NCBI GenBank assembly: GCA_965655095.1
Contig: OZ296652.1
Location: 61,442,001 to 61,506,000 of the forward strand
Source: Haplodiscus bocki
Taxonomy: Eukaryota
DNA length: 64,000 nucleotides
Reading direction: 5' to 3'
Shown here one piece after another: positions 1-12,243 of the stretch. The notes beneath the pieces are model-generated. The model was not told where the DNA came from and did no database searches. It saw only the letters and a program-made list of their open reading frames with translations. Each line of letters begins with the position of its first letter. Within the stretch, counting starts at the first letter, position 1. The position numbers and the translations under genes are program-made.

Positions 1-3000
1 CCTGGAAGTCCCGAAAAACAGTTTTAACATAATCATATCATAGGTTCTCTTGAACTGCATCTTGATGTAAAATAGAATTTTTTTCTTTATCTGTTTATTC
101 GAATATTTTTTCCATCATGTTTTCTCCATTATTTTAAAGTATTTTTAGTCTATTAGGTGATCTCTGTTTCGTCGTTCAAATGTTCTTCCCAAATGGAATT
201 ACTTTTCATTTTCATCAAAGAGAACAAGTTCTCCCCAGTTAATAGGATTTTCTTCACGGAAATGTATTTTTAGTTTGTTATTTTCTTATAATGAAAAACT
301 GAAATGTAAACTTCGAAACTTCCTAATTCGAAAATCCATTTTCCGTCTTCTTCTCTTGACAATTTTTTTCCCTAATGCTCTAATTAGTTTTTTCAAATGA
401 CAATCAAGATCTGCCTAATAATTTGTATGCCCAGCTATTCTTCTCTGTTTATCATGCCTAATTTTATATTCTTTTCTGTCAATTGTTGTTTTTATTTTGT
501 GAATAATTTCAGGTTTTTGCCAAAAACTTTTCCTCTCACTTTTAAGTTTTTTGTTTTCTTCTCTTTTTTTTTAGAACTGAAATTATATACTTTCACACTA
601 GTCCAATCTAGCATCCATTTTCCTTCTCCGTGATTCCACGAATCACCTTGGCTCGAAAAGCTGCATTTTAATTTTAAAGGAATATAAAGTGAGAAACGCT
701 CCATTTGTTTATTCAGTTTAACTTCTAAATTTTTTTTGTGGTTTGGATTTTATCCAATAAGAACATCAAAATTTTCAATTTCAGAAGCGAGAACTCTTAA
801 TGCATTTATATTCAATAACTTTGATTCCTTTACCTGATATATTCTTTAATATTTTCTTTTTGAGAGAATTGGTTTTCTTGCCGTTGTGGAAGCTACCACT
901 TTCAGTTTTGTCACTTTTTCAGTTGTTATGTATTTAGACTGTTAGCTAATTTTGTCATTCTTTGTGTCATTCTCTATTTTGATAAAAATGTAATACCGCT
1001 TTTCTGGAATCTGTCTTTATATTTTTTGTTGATTAATAATTATATAAATAATAAGCAGCACAGTAATTGTCGCTGCCAATCGAAGGTTCGCGTCCTTGGC
1101 GCCGTTAAATTTTATTATGAAATGTTTTGCTGCTCTTTTGATAATACATTCAGTTAATATGGTTGGCAGAAGGCAATCATACGAATCAACGTAGTTTTCT
1201 TTTTCGTATGTCACCCATTACGACCTTTACTAGGATAAAGAATAACAGTACCAATATTAGTTTCCAAATTACTGTCTCTCATGAATATATTACAAATAAT
1301 CCTAATTTTTTTAGTACTTCTTTTGTTTTCATATTTGATGTAGCTATATTTTTTGAATTATGAAAGGCAATAAAATCTAAAAGTTAATATCTTTTTTTCA
1401 TCTTCTATTTCTCTTCATTTTATATTAATAGATAAAAGTTCGTTTGGTGCTTCATCTGTCTGCATTGCCATAAAGATCAAATAAACTTTTATTATAAAGT
1501 TTTTGGTTTGTAGCTTTGATGGAATCAACATGTAAGTTTTTTAATCGGAAATGAAATTTTTCTAAAGTTTCCTCAACATATTTTTAAGTTCATTATGTTT
1601 TTCTCTGGAAAATACTCTTGCGTTTAGTTGTTCATATTTTTTTTCCTTTGACCTTTTTATTCAGTCTCTATTGCCTCAAGTTTCATTTCCATCTGATAAT
1701 AACCAGAATCCTGTAGTTTATCTTTTGCTGAGACCTTGTTTTAAAATTCACTTGTCCACAATTCATCATAACTGACATAACTCATCTTTTTATTTATGAT
1801 TTTGATTTAAAAAATTTCATTACTTCCATAAGAAATAAGGTTCTGTTCTAGTTTCTTTCGACGGTTTTTCTTAAGAATAAGCAGATATATATTTTTGATT
1901 TTTTATTTCCAGTAGACAATTCCGTAATCTCATCTCCCATTATATTATACATTTTTTGAAAGCTGGTAACATTGCTACTAATTTTTCAGCCCCTTTAGCT
2001 CATATTATGAATGATTAGGATTCATAATTTTTCGAATCAGCATTAACAACTTGTACGTTTACTACGTTATTTATTCTAATAAATATCTACCATCTAATAC
2101 CTTCCTGGTGGTTTCTCAAAACTGAAAAAAAAAGAATTCTTAGTTTTCAAAAAAGTTTTAGTTTTTTTCTGAAAGCCTTTCTGTGCTAAGATAACCCTGG
2201 AAGTCCCGAAAAACAGTTTTAACATAATCATATCATAGGTTCTCTTGAACTGCATCTTGATGTAAAATAGAATTTTTTTCTTTATCTGTTTATTCGAATA
2301 TTTTTTCCATCATGTTTTCTCCATTATTTTAAAGTATTTTTAGTCTATTAGGTGATCTCTGTTTCGTCGTTCAAATGTTCTTCCCAAATGGAATTACTTT
2401 TCATTTTCATCAAAGAGAACAAGTTCTCCCCAGTTAATAGGATTTTCTTCACGGAAATGTATTTTTAGTTTGTTATTTTCTTATAATGAAAAACTGAAAT
2501 GTAAACTTCGAAACTTCCTAATTCGAAAATCCATTTTCCGTCTTCTTCTCTTGACAATTTTTTTCCCTAATGCTCTAATTAGTTTTTTCTAATGACAATC
2601 AAGATCTGCCTAATAATTTGTATGCCCAGCTATTCTTCTCTGTTTATCATGCCTAATTTTATATTCTTTTCTGTCAATTGTTGTTTTTATTTTGTGAATA
2701 ATTTCAGGTGTTTGCCAAAAACTTTTCCTCTCACTTTTAAGTTTTTTGTTTTCTTCTCTTTTTGTTTAGAACTGAAATTATATACTTTCACACTAGTCCA
2801 ATCTAGCATCCATTTTCCTTCTCCGTGATTCCACGAATCACCTTGGCTCGAAAAGCTGCATTTTAATTTTAAAGGAATATAAAGTGAGAAACGCTCCATT
2901 TGTTTATTCAGTTTAACTTCTAAATTTTTTTTGTGGTTTGGATTTTATCCAATAAGAACATCAAGATTTTCAATTTTAGAAGCGAGAACTCTTAATGCAT

Positions 3001-6000
3001 TTATATTCAATAACTTTGATTCCTTTACCTGATATATTCTTTAATATTTTCTTTTTGAGAGAATTGGTTTTCTTGCCGTTGTGGAAGCTACCACTTTCAG
3101 TTTTGTCACTTTTTCAGTTGTTATGTATTTAGACTGTTAGCTAATTTTGTCATTCTTTGTGTCATTCTCTATTTTGATAAAAATGTAATACCGCTTTTCT
3201 GGAATCTGTCTTTATATTTTTTGTTGATTAATAATTATATAAATAATAAGCAGCACAGTAATTGTCGCTGCCAATCGAAGGTTCGCGTCCTTGGCGCCGT
3301 TAAATTTTATTATGAAATGTTTTGCTGCTCTTTTGATAATACATTCAGTTAATATGGTTGGCAGAAGGCAATCATACGAATCAACGTAGTTTTCTTTTTC
3401 GTATGTCACCCATTACGACCTTTACTAGGATAAAGAATAACAGTACCAATATTAGTTTCCAAATTACTGTCTCTCATGAATATATTACAAATAATCCTAA
3501 TTTTTTTAGTACTTCTTTTGTTTTCATATTTGATGTAGCTATATTTTTTGAATTATGAAAGGCAATAAAATCTAAAAGTTAATATCTTTTTTTCATCTTC
3601 TATTTCTCTTCATTTTATATTAATAGATAAAAGTTCGTTTGGTGCTTCATCTGTCTGCATTGCCATAAAGATCAAATAAACTTTTATTATAAAGTTTTTG
3701 GTTTGTAGCTTTGATGGAATCAACATGTAAGTTTTTTAATCGGAAATGAAATTTTTCTAAAGTTTCCTCAACATATTTTTAAGTTCATTATGTTTTTCTC
3801 TGGAAAATACTCTTGCGTTTAGTTGTTCATATTTTTTTTCCTTTGACCTTTTTATTCAGTCTCTATTGCCTCAAGTTTCATTTCCATCTGATAATAACCA
3901 GAATCCTGTAGTTTATCTTTTGCTGAGACCTTGTTTTAAAATTCACTTGTCCACAATTCATCATAACTGACATAACTCATCTTTTTATTTATGATTTTGA
4001 TTTAAAAAATTTCATTACTTCCATAAGAAATAAGGTTCTGTTCTAGTTTCTTTCGACGGTTTTTCTTAAGAATAAGCAGATATATATTTTTGATTTTTTA
4101 TTTCCAGTAGACAATTCCGTAATCTCATCTCCCATTATATTATACATTTTTTGAAAGCTGGTAACATTGCTACTAATTTTTCAGCCCCTTTAGCTCATAT
4201 TATGAATGATTAGGATTCATAATTTTTCGAATCAGCATTAACAACTTGTACGTTTACTACGTTATTTATTCTAATAAATATCTACCATCTAATACCTTCC
4301 TGGTGGTTTCTCAAAACTGAAAAAAAAAGAATTCTTAGTTTTCAAAAAAGTTTTAGTTTTTTTCTGAAAGCCTTTCTGTGCTAAGATAACCCTGGAAGTC
4401 CCGAAAAACAGTTTTAACATAATCATATCATAGGTTCTCTTGAACTGCATCTTGATGTAAAATAGAATTTTTTTCTTTATCTGTTTATTCGAATATTTTT
4501 TCCATCATGTTTTCTCCATTATTTTAAAGTATTTTTAGTCTATTAGGTGATCTCTGTTCCGTCGTTCAAATGTTCTTCCCAAATGGAATTACTTTTCATT
4601 TTCATCAAAGAGAACAAGTTCTCCCCAGTTAATAGGATTTTCTTCACGGAAATGTATTTTTAGTTTGTTATTTTCTTATAATGAAAAACTGAAATGTAAA
4701 CTTCGAAACTTCCTAATTCGAAAATCCATTTTCCGTCTTCTTCTCTTGACAATTTTTTTCCCTAATGCTCTAATTAGTTTTTTCTAATGACAATCAAGAT
4801 CTGCCTAATAATTTGTATGCCCAGCTATTCTTCTCTGTTTATCATGCCTAATTTTATATTCTTTTCTGTCAATTGTTGTTTTTATTTTGTGAATAATTTC
4901 AGGTTTTTGCCAAAAACTTTTCCTCTCACTTTTAAGTTTTTTGTTTTCTTCTCTTTTTGTTTAGAACTGAAATTATATACTTTCACACTAGTCCAATCTA
5001 GCATCCATTTTCCTTCTCCGTGATTCCACGAATCACCTTGGCTCGAAAAGCTGCATTTTAATTTTAAAGGAATATAAAGTGAGAAACGCTCCATTTGTTT
5101 ATTCAGTTTAACTTCTAAATTTTTTTTGTGGTTTGGATTTTATCCAATAAGAACATCAAGATTTTCAATTTTAGAAGCGAGAACTCTTAATGCATTTATA
5201 TTCAATAACTTTGATTCCTTTACCTGATATATTCTTTAATATTTTCTTTTTGAGAGAATTGGTTTTCTTGCCGTTGTGGAAGCTACCACTTTCAGTTTTG
5301 TCACTTTTTCAGTTGTTATGTATTTAGACTGTTAGCTAATTTTGTCATTCTTTGTGTCATTCTCTATTTTGATAAAAATGTAATACCGCTTTTCTGGAAT
5401 CTGTCTTTATATTTTTTGTTGATTAATAATTATATAAATAATAAGCAGCACAGTAATTGTCGCTGCGAATCGAAGATTCGCGTCCTTGGCGCCGTTAAAT
5501 TTTATTATGAAATGTTTTGCTGTTCTTTTGATAATACATTCAGTTAATATGGTTGGCAGAAGGCAATCATACGAATCAAAGTAGTTTTCTTTTTCGTATG
5601 TCACCCAATACGACCTTTACTAGGATAAAGAATAACAGTACCAATATTAGTTTCCAAATTACTGTCTCTCATGAATATATTACAAATAATCCTAATTTTT
5701 TTAGTACTTCTTTTGTTTTCATATTTGATGTAGCTATATTTTTTGAATTATGAAAGGCAATAAAATCTAAAAGTTAATATCTTTTTTTTCATCTTCTATT
5801 TCTCTTCATTTTATATTAATAGATAAAAGTTCGTTTGGTGCTTCATCTGTCTGCATTGCCATAAAGATCAAATAAACTTTTATTATAAAGTTTTTGGTTT
5901 GTAGCTTTGATGGAATCAACATGTAAGTTTTTTAATCGGAAATCAAAGTTTTCTAAAGTTTCCTCAACATATTTTTAAGTTCATTATGTTTTTCTCTGGA

Positions 6001-8786
6001 AAATACTCTTGCGTTTAGTTGTTCATATTTTTTTTCCTTTGACCTTTTTATTCAGTTTCTATTGCCTCAAGTTTCATTTCCATCTGATAATAACCAGAAT
6101 CCTGTAGTTTATCTTTTGCTGAGACCTTGTTTTAAAATTCACTTGTCCACAATTCATCATAACTGGCATAACTCATCTTTTTATTTATGATTTTGATTTA
6201 AAAAATTTCATTACTTCCATAAGAAATAAGGTTCTGCTCTAGTTTCTTTCGACCGTTTTTCTTAAGAATAAGCAGATATATATTTTTGATTTTTTATTTC
6301 CACTAGACAATTCCGTAATCTCATCTCCCATTATATTATACATTTTTTGAAAGCTGGTAACATTGCTACTAATTTTTCACCCCCTTTAGCTCATATTATG
6401 AATGATTAGGATTCATAATTTTTCGAATCAGCATTAACAACTTGTACGTTTACTACGTTATTTATTCTAATAAATATCTACCATCTAATACCTTCCTGGT
6501 GGTTTCTCAAAACTGAAAAAAAAAGAGAATTCTTAGTTTTCAAAAAAGTTTTAGTTTTTTTCTGAAAGCCTTTCTGTGCTAAGATAACCCTGGAAGTTCC
6601 GAAAAACAGTTTTAACATAATCATATCATAGGTTCTCTTGAACTGCATCTTGATGTAAAATAGAATTTTTTTCTTTATCTGTTTATTCGAATATTTTTTC
6701 CATCATGTTTTCTCCATTATTTTAAAGTATTTTTAGTCTATTAGGTGATCTCTGTTTCGTCGTTCAAATGTTCTTCCCAAATGGAATTACTTTTCATTTT
6801 CATCAAAGAGAACAAGTTCTCCCCAGTTAATAGGATTTTCTTCACGGAAATGTATTTTTAATTTGTTATTTTCTTATAATGAAAAACTGAAATGTAAACT
6901 TCGAAACTTCCTAATTCGAAAATCCATTTTCCGTCTTCTTCTCTTGACAATTTTTTTCCCTAATGCTCTAATTAGTTTTTTCTAATGACAATCAAGATCT
7001 GCCTAATAATTTGTATGCCCAGCTATTCTTCTCTGTTTATCATGCCTAATTTTATATTCTTTTCTGTCAATTGTTGTTTTTATTTTGTGAATAATTTCAG
7101 GTTTTTGCCAAAAACTTTTCCTCTCACTTTTAAGTTTTTTGTTTTCTTCTCTTTTTGTTTAGAACTGAAATTATATACTTTCACACTAGTCCAATCTAGC
7201 ATCCATTTTCCTTCTCCGTGATTCCACGAATCACCTTGGCTCGAAAAGCTGCATTTTAATTTTAAAGGAATATAAAGTGAGAAACGCTCCATTTGTTTAT
7301 TCAGTTTAACTTCTAAATTTTTTTTGTGGTTTGGATTTTATCCAATAAGAACATCAAGATTTTCAATTTTAGAAGCGAGAACTCTTAATGCATTTATATT
7401 CAATAACTTTGATTCCTTTACCTGATATATTCTTTAATATTTTCTTTTTGAGAGAATTGGTTTTCTTGCCGTTGTGGAAGCTACCACTTTCAGTTTTGTC
7501 ACTTTTTCAGTTGTTATGTATTTAGACTGTTAGCTAATTTTGTCATTCTTTGTGTCATTCTCTATTTTGATAAAAATGTAATACCGCTTTTCTGGAATCT
7601 GTCTTTATATTTTTTGTTGATTAATAATTATATAAATAATAAGCAGCACAGTAATTGTCGCTGCGAATCGAAGATTCGCGTCCTTGGCGCCGTTAAATTT
7701 TATTATGAAATGTTTTGCTGTTCTTTTGATAATACATTCAGTTAATATGGTTGGCAGAAGGCAATCATACGAATCAAAGTAGTTTTCTTTTTCGTATGTC
7801 ACCCAATACGACCTTTACTAGGATAAAGAATAACAGTACCAATATTAGTTTCCAAATTACTGTCTCTCATGAATATATTACAAATAATCCTAATTTTTTT
7901 AGTACTTCTTTTGTTTTCATATTTGATGTAGCTATATTTTTTGAATTATGAAAGGCAATAAAATCTAAAAGTTAATATCTTTTTTTTCATCTTCTATTTC
8001 TCTTCATTTTATATTAATAGATAAAAGTTTGTTTGGTGCTTCATCTGTCTGCATTGCCATAAAGATCAAATAAACTTTTATTATAAAGTTTTTGGTTTGT
8101 AGCTTTGATGGAATCAACATGTAAGTTTTTTAATCGGAAATCAAAGTTTTCTAAAGTTTCCTCAACATATTTTTAAGTTCATTATGTTTTTCTCTGGAAA
8201 ATACTCTTGCGTTTAGTTGTTCATATTTTTTTTCCTTTGACCTTTTTATTCAGTTTCTATTGCCTCAAGTTTCATTTCCATCTGATAATAACCAGAATCC
8301 TGTAGTTTATCTTTTGCTGAGACCTTGTTTTAAAATTCACTTGTCCACAATTCATCATAACTGACATAACTCATCTTTTTATTTATGATTTTAATTTAAA
8401 AAATTTCATTACTTCCATAAAAAATAAGGTTCTGCTCTAGTTTCTTTCGACCGTTTTTCTTAAGAATAAGCAGATATATATTTTTGATTTTTCATTTCCA
8501 GTAGACAATTCCGTAATCTCATCTCCCATTATATTATACATTTTTTGAAAGCTGGTAACATTGCTACTAATTTTTCACCCCCTTTAGCTCATATTATGAA
8601 TGATTAGGATTCATAATTTTTCCAATCAGCATTAACAACTTGTACGTTTACTACGTTATTTATTCTAATAAATATCTACCATCTAATACCTTCCTGGTGG
8701 TTTCTCAAAACTGAAAAAAAAAGAGAATTCTTAGTTTTCAAAAAAGTTTTAGTTTTTTTCTGAAAGCCTTTCTGTGCTAAGATAAC
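1..8786. repeat. Four short units (2195, 2195, 2198, 2198 bp), a deletion derivative of the long unit
   Basis: The junction TTCTTCTC|TTGACAAT at 355/356 joins sequences that lie at 9141 and 10817 in the long unit. Confidence 0.95.
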
Positions 8787-9290
8787 CCTGGAAGTCCCGA
8801 AAAACAGTTTTAACATAATCATATCATAGGTTCTCTTGAACTGCATCTTGATGTAAAATAGAATTTTTTTCTTTATCTGTTTATTCGAATATTTTTTCCA
8901 TCATGTTTTCTCCATTATTTTAAAGTATTTTTAGTCTATTAGGTGATCTCTGTTTCGTCGTTCAAATGTTCTTCCCAAATGGAATTACTTTTCATTTTCA
9001 TCAAAGAGAACAAGTTCTCCCCAGTTAATAGGATTTTCTTCACGGAAATGTATTTTTAGTTTGTTATTTTCTTATAATGAAAAACTGAAATGTAAACTTC
9101 GAAACTTCCTAATTCGAAAATCCATTTTCCGTCTTCTTCTCCTTTCAGAGGAGTATCAAAAGAGAATGTCACTGTTGGCTTATTCATTTCAAATTCTAAT
9201 GTCTCTTGCGGTGTTTTTTTGTTTGTTCTGTGAGAGTATCAGTTTTTTTGATATTTAAAATCAAGATCTCATCTTTTTTTTTAGGTGTGT
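8628..9290 (-). pseudogene. Minor capsid (penton)-like gene C, N-terminal part, truncated at the array junction
   Basis: TDTLTEQTKK/PQETLEFEMNKPTVTFSFDTPLKGEEDGKWIFELGSFEVYISVF ... PPGRY*MVDI is paralogous to the gene A N-terminus. It is cut at the unit junction near 8628. Confidence 0.62.
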
Positions 9291-9494
9291 ATGTATTTAA
9301 TATGATAATTGTTAATATTTATAAAGAGGAACTTGATTTATTTTTTAATAGTTGCAAAGTGGAAGTTAAGGTTTAACGTTAAAATCAACCAACTACAAAA
9401 ACAAGTTTTTCTCTTCTGTAGGAAAACTCATAAACCGATTGTAAAAAAAACTATCTACGTCGCGCAAAGTGAATACTTACCGACATGTCAGTAC

Positions 9495-10237
9495 TTAAAT
9501 TTTCCTTAGTTGTAAAGTCAGACTTTCCACCTTTAAAGTCATGTTCGTTTTTTTTATCATCCTCCAAATGAAAAGTTATCTTCCCATTATTAGATTTAGA
9601 TAAATTTTTAAAGTGTTTAATTGTAGGTTTGTCAATTCCTTTAGAACCAGGTGGTTTATCTAATGCAAAGTTTTAACATAGGTTGTCTACAATCATTAAC
9701 AATGCTTCCAGCAATACAGTAAAAAAATAGTCTCTTTTCAATTGTAGGATCACTCTAATAACCAGGAGTAAAAACTGAAAATATTTTGTTCTTCAGTTGT
9801 TTTGAAAACTAATTTATATACTTCCAAATTAGTTAAACCCAACAGTCACTTATCCTTCTCTCGTTTTGAGGCAGTTTCGAGGAAGAAACTTTCCTCCGGT
9901 TTGTTCAGTTCAAATTCTAATTTGTTTTTGGAAGTTTGTCTTTGTTCGTTCAGTAGAAACATCTGTCTTCTCTTTAATTGAATGTAATAAATCGTCTGCC
10001 AATATTGTTTATAAAAAGTTAGATTGTTTGAAGGGGTTTATACATAACGGAAAGTGAATGCTTATCGATGAGTTTGTAGTCCGATATTTGATGATGGAAA
10101 TGTAGATGTCGTTGTCCACCATTAAACTTGACAAAAATACAAACCTTTGTTTCTATATTTTGGGGGCTCATATAAAATTTGTTTGTATTTGAGTTTATAC
10201 TTGAGTTTCTGCATCTGAGGTTTAAACTGAATTTCAT
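9495..10237 (-). pseudogene. Minor capsid (penton)-like gene B; representative copy, long units only
   Basis: YCIAGSIVNDCRQPML/FALDKPPGSKGIDKPTIKHFKNLSKSNNGKITFHLEDDKKNEHDFKG../TLQLRKI* is paralogous to the gene A C-terminus. The start is uncertain. Confidence 0.66.
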
Positions 10238-10239
10238 AC

Positions 10240-11264
10240 TTAGCTTTTCAGTATTTGTAAAGTAGAGGTCATAGTTTCACCGTCAAAGTCAACTCTCTGT
10301 TTCTCATCATCTGCAAAATAAAATTTTATCCTGTTCAGAAGAGTCTTTTTTTATTGTATAGTTATTCGATTTTTAATTTTTTTTTTGTAATCATGTCGTT
10401 TATATAAAGCAAAACTATATAAAATAGGATGTCTACTTCCATTGACACTACTTCCATCAATACAATTATATTTCAAAAGAGTTAAATCAATTCCACTTTT
10501 TTTGACGAGTTTCTTACTCCTATGATTTCCTTTTAAATATTCATTCTTTGTTAATCCCAATTTTGGAATGGTGTAAGAGTTTTCGTCAAGCTTCAATACT
10601 TCACCTTCTCTACAATGCACAATTGAAACTACATTCAATCTAATTTTATCAATTGTTATTATAGGTGCTGTTAGGATTTTATTAATTTCTGTTATCTCAT
10701 AAACTCCAGTTGATAATATAAATACCTCAAAAGCTGGGCTGATATTTTTTTTAATCTATTACATAAACAATTTCATCAATTGTTAACTTCATTCTAAAAA
10801 CAGTAACGTCAATATCTTGATAATTTTTTCCCTAATGCTCTAATTAGTTTTTTCTAATGACAATCAAGATCTGCCTAATAATTTGTATGCCCAGCTATTC
10901 TTCTCTGTTTATCATGCCTAATTTTATATTCTTTTCTGTCAATTGTTGTTTTTATTTTGTGAATAATTTCAGGTTTTTGCCAAAAACTTTTCCTCTCACT
11001 TTTAAGTTTCTTGTTTTCTTCTCTTTTTGTTTAGAACTGAAATTATATACTTTCACACTAGTCCAATCTAGCATCCATTTTCCTTCTCCGTGATTCCACG
11101 AATCACCTTGGCTCGAAAAGCTGCCTTTTAATTTTAAAGGAATATAAAGTGAGAAACGCTCCATTTGTTTATTCAGTTTAACTTCTAAATTTTTTTGTGG
11201 TTTGGATTTTATCCAATAAGAACATCAAGATTTTCAATTTTAGAAGCGAGAACTCTTAATGCAT
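10240..11264 (-). pseudogene. Minor capsid (penton)-like gene A; representative copy (5' half only in short units)
   Basis: KPQKNLEVKLNKQMERFSL..GEGKWML..; STGVYEITEINKIL..ITIDKIRL; CIDGSSVNGSRHPILYSFAL; YFADDEKQRVDFDGETMTSTLQILKS*. The C-terminus fits Polinton/adintovirus penton-like proteins. Many frameshifts. Confidence 0.68.
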
Positions 11265-11426
11265 TTATATTCAATAACTTTGATTCCTTTACCTGATATA
11301 TTCTTTAATTTTTTCTTTTTGAGAGAATTGGTTTTCTTGCCGTTGTGGAAGCTACCACTTTCAGTTTTGTCAGTTTTTTTAGTTGTTATGTATTTAGACT
11401 GTTAGCTAATTTTGTTATTCTTTATG

Positions 11427-11859
11427 TCACTCTATTATGACAAAAATGTAATACCGCTTTTCTGGAATGTGTCTTTATATTTTTTATTGAATAATAATTT
11501 TATAAATAATAAGCAGCACAGTAATTGTTGCTGCGAATCGAAGATTCGCGTCCTTGGCGCCGTTGAATTTTATTATGAAATGTTTTACTGTTCTTTTGAT
11601 AATACATTCAGTTAATATGGTTGGCAGAAGGCAATCATACGAATCAAAGTATTTTTCTTTTTCGTATGTCACCCATTACGACCTTTACTAGGATAAAGAA
11701 TAACAATACCAATATTAGTTTCCAAGTTACTGTCTCTCATGAACATGTTACAAATAATCCTAATTTTTTTAAGTGCTTCTTTTGTTTTCATATTTGATGT
11801 GGCTAGATTTTTTGAATTTTGAAGGGCATGAAAATCTAAAAGTTAATATTTTTTTTCAT
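11427..11859 (-). pseudogene. Adenain-like (Polinton PRO) cysteine protease pseudogene; representative copy, one per unit (e.g. ~968-1400, ~26948-27385)
   Basis: Frameshifted translation across copies: ..ATSNMKTKEVLKKLGL/FMRDSNLETNIG(I/T)VILYPSKG/WVTYEKE(N/K)YFDSYDC..IIKR../(D/N)NYCAAYYLY..KAVLHF. This fits the GxHW...YFDSxG...xCxxYC layout. The catalytic His codon is destroyed at a frameshift. Confidence 0.72.
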
Positions 11860-11869
11860 CTTCTATTTC

Positions 11870-12243
11870 TCTTCTTTTTATATTAATAGATAAAAGTTCG
11901 TTTGGTGCTTCATCTGTCTGCATTGCCATAAAGATCAAATAAACTTTTATTATAAAGTTTTTGGTTTGTAGCTTTGATGGAATCAACATGTAAGTTTTTT
12001 AATCGGAAATGAAAGTTTTCTAAAGTTTCCTCAACATATTTTTAAGTTCATTATGTTTTTCTCTGGAAAATACTCTTGCGTTTAGTTGTTCATATTTTTT
12101 TTCCTTTGACCTTTTTATTCAGTTTCTATTGCCTCAAGTTTCATTTCCATCTGATAATAACCAGAATCCTGTAGTTTATCTTTTGCTGAGACCTTGTTTT
12201 AAAATTCACTTGTCCACAATTCATCATAACTGACATAACTCAT
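11870..12243 (-). pseudogene. Uncharacterised viral-element ORF remnant upstream of the protease (one per unit)
   Basis: MSYVSYDELWTSEF*NKVSAKDKLQD...VEETLEN, with stops; same strand and tight packing as the neighbouring genes. Confidence 0.4.
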
